Shown piece by piece: positions 23,201 through 32,534 of a stretch of 33,008 nt of DNA. Every line of letters begins with the position of its first letter. Position 1 is the first letter of the stretch. The notes under the pieces are model-generated. The model had not been told where the DNA came from. It was given only the letters and a program-made list of their open reading frames with translations, and did not search any database. Both the position numbers and the translations under genes were made by a program. This stretch comes from Basidiobolus ranarum (taxonomy: Eukaryota), in assembly GCA_040143965.1 (NCBI GenBank), contig JASJQH010006954.1, forward strand, positions 1 to 33,008. Direction: 5' to 3'.

Positions 23201-26200
23201 CAGCATCAACTTCGTTAATTTCAGTTTCATCGTTCTGAGGAACGTCTTTATCAACCTCATTGTCGGAGTTAACTATTTCCTGAGGTTCTTCATGTTCGTC
23301 CTTCTCACCTTCGATGAGCTCGTCATCCATTGGAGTGTCTTCATCAACTTCTTCACTTTTCTCGGTGATGAGGTCAATCTGAATATGATCTTTTTCCTCG
23401 TCTAGAGAAGCTTCTTCATTGATCTCTGTCTCATCTTCAGTGTTAACTACTTCTTCGGCTTCTTTTTCGCCCTTCGCCTCTTCAACAAGCTCAGTCTGAC
23501 TAACTCCAAGTTCGCCATCGTTTGAAGTGTCTTCAGCAGCCTCAGTGTTTTCCTCTTCAATGACATTGATCTCATTAGTTTCGATTTCTTTGTCCTGAGG
23601 AGCGTCTTGATCAACTTCGGCATCAGCGTTGACTTCTTCAATTTCCTCGTTCTGCTCTTCTTCGATTAACTCAGCGGGAACAACTTCACATTCGTCATCT
23701 TTAGAAGCGTGCTCTTCAACCTCATTATCGGAGTGAATTGCCTCTTCTTCATACTGGTGAGCGACACTCTCAGCACTCTCTTGTGTAACGGATTCCCCTT
23801 GTTGGATATCACTTTCGATGCTCTCCTCCGGCTTTTGCTCGACTTGTTCAACTTCATCATTGACGGAATCTTCTATTTCATGCTCATCCTCATCAACTGA
23901 ATCCTTATAGATATCTTGATCATTATCTCCAGCATTCAAAGAATCTTCATGTTCGGAAGTTTCGTTATCATTGATAGAATTCATAACTGGAATCACCTCT
24001 TCCGAAACAATTACCTCCGATGTGATCATATCTGCTTGAAGTAAATTCAAATCAACCGAATTACTAATAGTAGTGGTTTCATGAGATTCTGATAAAACCA
24101 TGGATTCTTCTAACTCGGAAAGATCTTCATCGGTTGGGGTATGTATGACGTTCTTGGAGGCAGAAAGAGGGAGATCTTTGGATTTTGAGGGAGTATCAAA
24201 GGTGGTCGAATGGGTGGAGTTGTGAATGGGAGTACGAATCGATTTGGATACAAGTGGGGACTCGGGGGAATTATTCTCATGTACTGGGGTAGATAGTTTG
24301 GGAGTGGCAAGAAGATCGGCTATAGCTGTACCTTCAATGAAACTCTCAGTATCCATATCCATGACTCTACTCTTGTCAGATTCAAGAACATTTTCTACTG
24401 AATGTTTATCCAGTGAATCTGGCATCGTTACTTGTTCATTAATAGAATCGGGTGTATAAAATTCTTCGTGATGAGATCTGGGTGATGGTGTTGCTAAAAG
24501 ATTGGCAATAGCTTCACCTTGACGAATACTTTCACAAGAATAAGCGGAAGAATTGATGGATTTACGACTAATGGGCGTAGTATCTTGCGGTAATGTATGG
24601 GTTGGTGAATCAACGGACATAGGTGAGGAAGGATTGGAGAAATCCTTTATCGAAGGAGTAGCGAAAAGGTCAGCAATATATTGCCCTTGCTTCACACTCT
24701 CGGATGGACCTGTCGGTGTAGACATGGTTTGTGGGGGAGTTGAAGGTATGTTATGCTCTGAGGTCGATGGTGATGTTAAATGATTATCGCTTGCATCATT
24801 ATCTTGAGCATCGTCAGCAATGTACGAATCAGATTCCTCTTTTTGAATAAATACAGGTGTAGTGACCTCACAGTTGGATAGATCTTCAGTTTGTGGATCA
24901 AGATTTTTCGTGATACAGGGACTGCGGGTAGGGGTGGCGGTGATAGGGGTAGACGAAGTAAAAACGTTAAGGTTGGATTCGACAGTCAAAGTATCATTAG
25001 CAGCAGAATCATCTTCATCCATAGGAGTATCGAATGACTCGGAAGCCCCTACTCCTTGAGAAATCGAAGGTTCTGACAGCTCAACTACTTCTTTCTCAGG
25101 TGTGAGCAAATCTGAAGTGCTCTCGTCATTAGCGGTGAGTACATTGTCGGTCTGGCCAACTGCTGAAGGTCTCAATGCTTCACTTTCTACCGAGGAATCC
25201 ATGGTTTCTGTATCAAAGTCGTGGATTTTATCGGATGAATTCATATGATTCTCAGCCTCAGCTGACTCAGCAATACCGTTTTGGTCGTCAAACTCTATGT
25301 TAGACTCTTCCTTCGAACTCTGTGAAGGACATGAACTACTCGATAAGCTAGCGACCTCTTCCGTCTCCACTGCAGCAGTGTTCAATAGACTCTTGGCTAG
25401 CTCCATTGAGTCAGTGAGCCCATCATTAGAGTCCAGGGTAATAGGGCTATCCTCCTTGGCGCGAAATTGCTTCAGAACATTCTTCAGCAATGAAGAAGAT
25501 GGAGTAGTGGGCCTAGAAGTGGTGAAATCCTTTTGAGGAGTCTTCTGAGCGGAAGCAATATTTCTGCCCTTCTTCAATGGTGAATTCGGAGGAAGTGATT
25601 TGTCAAAAATCTCTGGACTTAAATTAGGTCCAAATGTCACGTGTCTAACTGATGTGACACTACTTGGCTCTGGAGATATCTCGAGTGCATCTCTTAGTCT
25701 ACTTTGGCCTAATCCAGGTGTCTCTGATTGAGTTTTCCTTCCACGTTTCAGTGGAGAGTTTGGTGGAAGAGTTCGGTCATATATCTCTGGGCTTAGATCG
25801 GGACCAAAGGTGACCTTACGACGAGGATTCTCTTCCGTGGTGTCGCTGTGGTCGAGAACCACGGGATTGACTTCCAAAGAATCGGTGACAGGCTCAACGG
25901 CCAAGAGACTAGCATGATCTATTAAGGACGATCTTCGTCGGGAAGTACGACGACTGGGAGAGCGAGGTTGCATAAGTGATGTAGTATCCAACAACTTTCT
26001 CTTTTTGGGACTAGTGCTGTTAAAGAGGAACAATGATTTTGGTAATTTGGGAGATTTTGCAAGTTCGGCTGTCGGATTGGTACTGAAAGATTCGAGGTTT
26101 TGTTTGAAGTCTTCATGCTCACCACTATGATGAGTTAAACCTTGATCATTCTTCATTTCTTCTGTAGATTCAGTTCCGTTGTTAACAACTGACGGAATGG

Positions 26201-26954
26201 TCTCTGTACCATGATTTTTGTGAGCTTGCATAAGAATATTGCTTGATGTACTCAATTTGTCACTAATAGTGTCCAGTTGGGTTTCACACTTGGCAATTGC
26301 TTCTTCAGTCTTGGTCTGAATGCTACCTATACTGTCGTGTTGCTTTACATTGGAACCAGCGTCCGAATTCGTCTCTTCCATAATCTTGGTTCTCTTGTGA
26401 GTGTGTCCATCATCCTTGGATTCCGGCTTTGAACGGTGAATTCCAAATAGTGGTTTGGCCACTTTCTTGGATGGTTCGGTATATGGGGCCCTTGTGTGAC
26501 CTTTGACCTGATTAGTCAAAGGAGTAGCAGTGAGGTTAAATGATCTAGTGGTTGACTTGGATAATGGAGTGCTTGAAGTAGCAGTAGATTTACTAATGGG
26601 ACGGATAGGTTTAGACGGATCGGAGGCAACTTTATTCGCATTAGAGGAAGTGTATTCAAAGCGAAAAGTTCGGTCGTGAATTGTAATGATGTCTAGATTT
26701 TTCAGAGCTCTTCGGTCCTGCTCACCGAGCTTTTCTCCATTTATCAGAGTTCCATTCTTGCTAAAATTTATAAGGGTAGCCTGACCCTCTTTTTCGAAGG
26801 AAATTTTACAATGATTGTCGGCGATTTGAGGTAAATATATACGCACATCACAAGTGAGTTGCTTTCCAATGAGGAATTCCTTTTTGTTGATTGGAAACGT
26901 TTTAAAGTCACCCCCAACTCTACGAGTTACTATGAAGCTTCCATAATATCCCAT
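20208..26954 (-). CDS. Ki-67-like protein: N-terminal FHA domain, two PP1-binding (RVxF-type) modules, long disordered acidic then basic regions; 2248 aa, intronless CDS
   Basis: FHA-like N-terminus (FLIGKQLTCDVRIYLPQIADNHCKI..NGTLING..DIITIHDRTFRFEY). RRKVTFGPDLSPEIYDRTLPPNSPLKRG and RHVTFGPNLSPEIFDKSLPPNSPLKKG resemble the Ki-67/Repo-Man module RRVSFGGHLRPELFDENLPPNTPLKRG. Confidence 0.88.
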   Translation of the reverse strand: MGYYGSFIVTRRVGGDFKTFPINKKEFLIGKQLTCDVRIYLPQIADNHCKISFEKEGQATLINFSKNGTLINGEKLGEQDRRALKNLDIITIHDRTFRFEYTSSNANKVASDPSKPIRPISKSTATSSTPLSKSTTRSFNLTATPLTNQVKGHTRAPYTEPSKKVAKPLFGIHRSKPESKDDGHTHKRTKIMEETNSDAGSNVKQHDSIGSIQTKTEEAIAKCETQLDTISDKLSTSSNILMQAHKNHGTETIPSVVNNGTESTEEMKNDQGLTHHSGEHEDFKQNLESFSTNPTAELAKSPKLPKSLFLFNSTSPKKRKLLDTTSLMQPRSPSRRTSRRRSSLIDHASLLAVEPVTDSLEVNPVVLDHSDTTEENPRRKVTFGPDLSPEIYDRTLPPNSPLKRGRKTQSETPGLGQSRLRDALEISPEPSSVTSVRHVTFGPNLSPEIFDKSLPPNSPLKKGRNIASAQKTPQKDFTTSRPTTPSSSLLKNVLKQFRAKEDSPITLDSNDGLTDSMELAKSLLNTAAVETEEVASLSSSSCPSQSSKEESNIEFDDQNGIAESAEAENHMNSSDKIHDFDTETMDSSVESEALRPSAVGQTDNVLTANDESTSDLLTPEKEVVELSEPSISQGVGASESFDTPMDEDDSAANDTLTVESNLNVFTSSTPITATPTRSPCITKNLDPQTEDLSNCEVTTPVFIQKEESDSYIADDAQDNDASDNHLTSPSTSEHNIPSTPPQTMSTPTGPSESVKQGQYIADLFATPSIKDFSNPSSPMSVDSPTHTLPQDTTPISRKSINSSAYSCESIRQGEAIANLLATPSPRSHHEEFYTPDSINEQVTMPDSLDKHSVENVLESDKSRVMDMDTESFIEGTAIADLLATPKLSTPVHENNSPESPLVSKSIRTPIHNSTHSTTFDTPSKSKDLPLSASKNVIHTPTDEDLSELEESMVLSESHETTTISNSVDLNLLQADMITSEVIVSEEVIPVMNSINDNETSEHEDSLNAGDNDQDIYKDSVDEDEHEIEDSVNDEVEQVEQKPEESIESDIQQGESVTQESAESVAHQYEEEAIHSDNEVEEHASKDDECEVVPAELIEEEQNEEIEEVNADAEVDQDAPQDKEIETNEINVIEEENTEAAEDTSNDGELGVSQTELVEEAKGEKEAEEVVNTEDETEINEEASLDEEKDHIQIDLITEKSEEVDEDTPMDDELIEGEKDEHEEPQEIVNSDNEVDKDVPQNDETEINEVDAVAENSEDDEDTPMNDEFNVSQTELVEDEKDEIEEAAELANSDDEVDEDAPQDDEAEINQVNLVAEESDDESAPKEDVNLTELVEDEKEENEEAVKVANSDDEVDEDASQDDETEINQVNLVAEEDDEVNESAPEEDVNLAELVEDDKDEDEEATKVANSDDEVDEDASQDDEAEVNQANLVAEEDDEVNESTPKEDINLIELVEDEKDEDEEMANSDDEVDKDASENEVSQVDFVEEDQNENEDTKGSVLQNNMTNVVVEKDDDIEQKDLTLTEENHEDVEAEELVSDSKEDTQKHDSIEASISDSDETMDENETVPHQSESIVEPTKNLIDNENSNSDDDTQNEDEVDLTKSATEAVNSKDLHEEDAKESSNDGQVESVVNRNRSSSVGILSSVEIETPKRNSKEVDNTPEIRNPSPVKPTSNAKPTKARSTRSAGKASQSNQDSESEVEAVVESRATRSSKRTTRSENQETGKVRTSARTRSTRSTARATNKESSAQEIDTPVRPRSTSQRAQKESVLVVEQSEQEEVDPSEMNNQAPEPEQENVDTSSVEKSETAGVHKASRRTKKANAKQSQASDAEESLEVDTAKETRVKTKAPTRRTKRTLEEDDQEDVPNLKSRSKRAKKTQEDEKEKRNESDTEPISESPIINHKPKKSRKADIKPESPQTIKNVTTNDHNSSKSDEESVDEDKPPKVKTSRKRTRTREVEQLALDSKSEVKPTARRGKRSASSKSASQLDQKESSTKEVVEIETEKKSKARSKREVASTDEPENDQTDEESDEKPKITTRRANRPVRAAKTVVKKTRSTRSTKPASEDETLLEKTKAEENKSSSTAEDENEKEEKPVKRSTRKSKETVEEPSQPKRVSKRTKASKSTKKDSKQEDSNSSPKKSERSDASDEDEPVEEKSKDAKPTKTRSKVSTKAKHEDVQSDEITSKRTRNTKVSKRKAEAEEEDTAKPVTRKRAKASETSKPETRSKDSTTTKISVRQTRSRTRKN
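22540..23640 (-). repeat. ~180-bp (~60-aa) acidic coding tandem repeat inside the Ki-67-like gene, ~6 copies of decreasing identity
   Basis: 22681-22740 and 22861-22920 are nearly identical (180-nt offset). Unit NSDDEVDEDASQDDE.E.NQ.NLVAEE...E.VNL.ELVEDEK.E.EE. Confidence 0.9.
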
Positions 26955-27228
26955 ATTTCAAGTATGTATTGAAGAACCAAAGCTTGGATAAAGGGATAAC
27001 TAAAGAGTGAGAAGTGAAACGTAAGTATATTGTAGGTGAATTGATACTGTAGCCATATAGCATACCTGAAAACGAAGTGTGCTATGAAAAGAAAGGTTAG
27101 TATGGGTTAGTCGAAGGTGTTCACTCTCTATTATTCTGTGACAATTCTTCGATGTAGATAAGACTAGCGGATGGAGATGTAAAGTGTCTCACTACCAACT
27201 TCTACTAGTTATATTTATTAACTGAAGT

Positions 27229-27309
27229 GTAAACATCCTTTTGGAGTAAACAAATCAACCTTATTGTCATTGGATTTAGTCAGTCCTTGTTGTTGGCTAT
27301 CCAGCCAAT
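27229..27309. promoter_or_regulatory. Candidate promoter of the Ki-67-like gene: two forkhead sites (GTAAACA 27229-27235, 27246-27252) and two CCAAT boxes (27269-27273 minus, 27305-27309 plus)
   Basis: Exact motif matches clustered in 80 bp, ~280-350 bp upstream of ATG 26954. An AT-rich TATA-like stretch lies at 27211-27220. Confidence 0.45.
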
Positions 27310-27610
27310 CATATGTATCTCCAGTACAAAAGATCATTTATTCTCCTAATTTCAATGTTGCGTTGAATAAAAATATCAAAACATTGCCACACCATCATTT
27401 TTTAATAAAAATTACTTCTCGGTTATTTTACTCGACTCAATGATAAATATATGTGGAATATACTTTGCTGTATAAATTAAACCATGATTTTTGTTATTAT
27501 ACATGTTACAGGGTGAGGGCGAAGGATGAGAGATCTAATGGGGGCGGGGGGAGAACGCCAACAAAATATCCAATGCCATATATTCTGACGTAGTGCATCA
27601 TATGACCGGC

Positions 27611-28740
27611 TCAGCTTGAGTTGATTTCTTCCCAGAGATCCATTTGTTCAAAATAATCGATCACAATACTGATCAACATATTTAATGACGCTACCTGGCT
27701 GATTGAGGGATTATTCTTTGAAAGGAAAGGATTAGCGTTCGTTTGTACGTGTAAGGTTCCATTTGCCACTTACTAGTTTGGAACGTATAGAACCCCATTG
27801 ACGACATAACTCTCGAAGGGTAGAGATACTATCAGATGTGAGCAATTTATCAACACGAAGAAGTAGAGCGAACAACCATTGTGCCTTAAAGAATTGATTA
27901 GTATCTATATGAAGGTTAGTGGTGATCAAACAGTGAGCGCATACTTGAGTTCTAGTTATTGATTCCTCGTCCAGCCAGTCAGTATGGTATTCTAACAGAG
28001 CAAGCGTAGTTCTCTTATATTAACTTTGGTTAGTTTGTATTGAAGAATACTCCATAGTTTATCGCTCAAAGTTACCTGATCCATTTTCAAAACAACCGAT
28101 GAATATGGAAGCAACGGAGAAGCGGGAGATAAGTCATTTTTGTCCTCATTGCTGGTAGAATCGCCATAAAGAAGACCAAGCCAAGCTGTCTCATCTTTAT
28201 AGTTGGGTAATCCGTCTTTGAGCTTCGAAGGGAGTTTCCGACTCGAAACCTTTCTTTCTTGTTCGATAATCTAGAGTGAGGGTGAAAATGATATAAATAT
28301 CAATTTTGTTTACCATATATGCGCTATAATAAAACAGTATACCTTACGTAGCTTGACAAAGCGCTGTTTAAAGACTTGTCGCCATTCTGCTGTAGGTACT
28401 CGATCTTTCATTTCTTGATTGAGGTTTTCAGCTTCTCTTGGTGTTTTTGGAATGGCAGAGGTTGTGCTGGCAGGTGGTTTTGATTTGGCTATAAACACAC
28501 TTGGGTGTTGGTTTGCCTCCATACTTGAAGGTAAGGTGTAAATTAAGAGAAAATGTAATCTTTGTATTTGAATTGCTTAAATCATGTGCCTTACCGAACC
28601 ATTCTTAAATATTCTTCTCCAGTAGTTGGAGGTCCATCAAGATCACCGTAGGACGTGGCTACTGGTAGGGCGGAACGTAAGTTCCAATCCTCTTCTTCAT
28701 TTTCTTTAACATATAATTTGGATTTGGAATTCGCCACCAT
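27611..28740 (-). CDS. GEMIN2: Gemin2 / SIP1 (Brr1/Yip1) SMN-complex protein, 6 exons
   Basis: Spliced translation: GPPTTGEEYLRMVR|MEANQHPSVFIA..EWRQVFKQRFVKLR..AQWLFALLLRVDKLLTSDSISTLRELCR..SLNMLISIVIDYFEQMDL. All five introns are GT-AG and keep the frame. Confidence 0.92.
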
Positions 28741-29641
28741 CTAAGAATAATCTATCTAAAGTGACCGCGTGAGAAGACTTGATGTACAAGTATTGCAAAA
28801 TGCATTATCGTTATTCTTTCCTAACAGATAGAAAATGGAGATTTATTCTGGAATAATTCTATCCTAAATGATTGTCAATATTGAGGGTTGATTAGCTGGA
28901 GTGGCTCAAACACAATTTGTAGACTGCACTAGTTGGTGCATCATCCAGACAATCCAGATGCAGAGTACTTCGAATCACAAGTAATATGCTTCAAGTACCT
29001 AGGGGATCTATTTGGTTTTATGTGCTGCTAACTCAAGACATTGTTGTTAATTTGCAATTAGAATATTGCGGAAGCGATCGGGATAGTTACTAGCAGATAA
29101 CAACAAGTAGATAGGGTTATTCCAGAATATTACTAACTATGGCTCATTCTGACTAATGTTCTCTCTTATCGGAGCTTCAATGGTTAGTGTGTTACTTGAT
29201 AGGCATCGATGAAACAATCTACCTCCACTTTGTTAGCAAAAGAGATTCACGGTGCGAATAGTGTGGGCAATATGAGCAATGTAGGGGAAGAGATGGTGAC
29301 AGGATAGGTGAATGAGTGGATAGGCGGATAGGTGGATAGGAACACAATTTCATATAGAACCCAAAACCCCCCTCGATAGCTGTTGGGTGAATAAAAACCG
29401 TAATAATCCAGAATCCAGACCTGTTTCTTACCTCGGATTCTCCTTTTTTACACTCATCCCCTTCCATTCTTATAAATTCTACTCACCTCCCTCATATTTC
29501 CCGGACTGTTCCAATTTTAATTGTGTATTTCTCACTCTTGTGGCGTTCACTTCTTTTAAACCTGCGTCGATTGATATCTAGATACATCATAGTAGCTCTC
29601 TCATAGTCTAGCACGCTCTCCCACTTCTTGTCTTTTCGCCA

Positions 29642-31363
29642 ATGAACATTTCCATTCTTCCGGCGCGTGTGCGTATTCTTAGTTTTCCTATCCACTCTCG
29701 ACCCTTATGGACTCATGCCATTGTTAAAAACACCTTCTTTCCTTCAAGGTTAATTTACTTTCAACTAAATCACTATGACAATCATATTCTAGAAGACTTT
29801 GGTCAAATCTATTAGCTTCTTCCTAATTGTTGAAATTCAGTATAATTATATGCACGTGTTAACTATTTTCCTCTTTTTTATAACTCTTCTCCATACTTGT
29901 TCGCGGAAACTTAATTTTATCACGGCATACCAATTTTCTACTACTCAAATCTCTCGCATAGTAGACGCGATAGCTTTTTCAGTTACACCGAAAACTTGTC
30001 AGAAATATCTATCATTGCGGATGTGCGATCTATTGAAAAGGATTTCTTACAATCTCCTGCTTTAAAATCTACTCCCAACATAAAGATCTGTGACGATATA
30101 TTTCGAGTACTCGAGATTGATAATGCTTATGGACTGGGTAAGTTTACATTGAAACAAAACCAACACCACCAGAAACTAAACGATTCTTCGGGTTTTCTTG
30201 GTTAGAACTCAATTCCAAACGCATCAACGATCTTACAGGCCCCCTCGCCCGCGCTGGAATTAGTATCTTTTATTTGTCTACATATCAAACCGACTATTTC
30301 CTGGTAAACCTAATTAGATTGAATTGTTCACCAGTTGAATTATTTTAGTCTTCTTTCCCTTAACTCTCTTGTTTTTTGTAGATCAAAGAAAAACGCATTC
30401 CATTTGCTATAAAAACATTGCAAGCGTGTGGGTTTGACTTTATTGATCTGGACGCAGTAGAACTTACCACACCACCCGAATCTCCTTCTCCTATTGAGAT
30501 TCCTGCTGGAAACTTTAACTTGGAGCAGCCACCTACAAGCCTCAAGTCGGTGGAGAACCTTGGTAACGGAGACACTCTTGAACACGATATCATTGTTCAA
30601 GTGCGTCGTCAGTGTGCCAAAATTGTTACAAAGCACAAGTTGCGATTAGTCGGCTTAGATAAGGAATACCGGGATAATTGGGCCATGAAACTCATCCGGA
30701 TTCTACTCTATCCGGAGCTTGACGAAGACTTCAGGTAAACTTAGGGTTACAAGACTCAGACAGAATCAATTCAATTCAATTCAATTGAAATACTAATGCT
30801 AATGCTAATTATTCTTAATGCAATTTGTAGAAGTTCCAAATCTAGATTCGTTTCTTTTACTGCCACTGAGGACGGGATCTCACTAATTGTTGAAGAAAGT
30901 GTCTTGGCACAGTTCGAACATTACATGATCAATATGAGTTTAACTAGACGTCCGATGAGATTAATCCAGATTGATCTTTCTATTTTTGGTGAGGGTTCGT
31001 TCATAAATAACCTATCGTTTCAGACATACAAACTAACCGTGATTTGTCTTGATAGTGTGCGACCGCTATGGTATCGTTCACTCGATGTCAAGCCCCCTCA
31101 GTGATGCTGGAATCAATCTTATCTATCTCAGCACCACCCAATGTGCAAATGTTCTGGTAAGTAGCAAGATCCACCCGTCTATTCTCCCTAACCACCCCCC
31201 TAACCACCCCCCTAACCACCGTCATTAATCAATAACCTAGGTTGAGGAAGATCACCTCCCAATTGCCCAACAAATCTTGGAGGCACTGGATACACCGCCA
31301 GTGACTCCAGCTACTGATCAGGAAATGACCAGATTCCGGTTTGAATCCCATTTAGTTGCATAG
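29642..31363 (+). CDS. CASTOR/GATS-like tandem ACT-domain protein, multi-exon
   Basis: MNISILPARVRILSF..WTHAIVK..FFSYTEN..PLARAGISIFYLSTYQTDYFL|IKE..RFVSFTATEDGISLIVEE..DRYGIVHSMSSPLSDAGINLIYLST..NVL|VEED parallels CASTOR1 along its length. Stop TAG at 31361-31363. Confidence 0.88.
31186..31220 (+). repeat. 12-bp tandem repeat (CTAACCACCCCC) ~3 copies in the last intron of the CASTOR-like gene
   Basis: Sequence ccctaaccacccccctaaccacccccctaaccacc. Confidence 0.85.
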
Positions 31364-32129
31364 AATGAATGAATCCAAGTATAATATGCAAACGTTATCT
31401 GTCTAACACAGTTCCCAACCAATATTGCTTTCGTCAATGTCGCTCACAATTATCGCTTAGAAAATCCCAACCATTTTTCTTTTACTAGTCTCTCTTCTCA
31501 GCTGAGTTTGAAGATATGTGTACATAATCATATTTCTCTGTTTATTCTTCACCTGATTTAGTTCAGTAATATTAAGTTATATTCGTTCTCTTCCCTACTT
31601 CTCCCCCTTTCCTCTCCTTGAATATCTTTCTTACTCATTTGCACTTGAATACAATAAACTCTAGGTGTCAAGAAGCAATATATATCGTAAATTGATATAT
31701 ATATATTCCTAATATATATTATTAATATTATTTTCCAAGTAGTAGTATATATAATGGCTGAAGTTTATTACATTTGCTATCATTCCTCTCTGTACCGTAT
31801 CAATCTATAAATTGCAACAAAGTAAATTTTTAATTAGTAATCAAATTTCATCTGGCTTCACAGGTGTCTTTTCCATAGACCAAGCAGATGGCTTGATCCC
31901 AGACATTCTCCACCACATCCACTTGACTAACAAATTACCTGTCAAAAAATGTGCATACTTTTGAAGTTTATTGTCTTCATCATATTTGTTATCTTTATCT
32001 TTATACACCTAACTAGTTCATATATCACATATAACTTAGTTCACATTATTTAGTCAAATATCACTTTGGTGAGAATCAGAAACATATATCTTATATATAT
32101 GTAAATAACATGAGAATTAGCAATACTGT

Positions 32130-32430
32130 ATTGGAAATTTCAAACTTGTCCAAATTGCCACAAATATAGCTCATTTTACTTCCCCAGATGTTCTGAGCAC
32201 AATCCCAGTGTTAGTTTTCTGTATTTCCACCAAAATGTATAAATGCTCTATTTCTGGACAATAAATAATTATCTAACAAGTTAATCACAACTCCACTTTT
32301 TCAAGGTTCCTCCAAACAGCCCATATTTTCCTAGTACATACACAAACTCCCACAAGAATAGTGAATTCATTCACACCATGATAAATGATCTATAACCAAA
32401 GGGGCTAATCAAGGAATGCCACTCCTCTTG
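32130..32430 (+). mobile_element. Degenerate LTR-like remnant related to 1340-1960
   Basis: CpG-free. Short blocks are similar to the reverse complement of 1563-1820. Lies upstream of the copia gag. Boundaries approximate. Confidence 0.35.
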
Positions 32431-32534
32431 GGCCTCCACTATCACAATAAGGAACTAGACAAGGACTGGAAACAACAACAAGAGGCTAGAAAGCAGGAGA
32501 GTACTTGGGTGTAGACCACAAGGCAAAACAAAAC

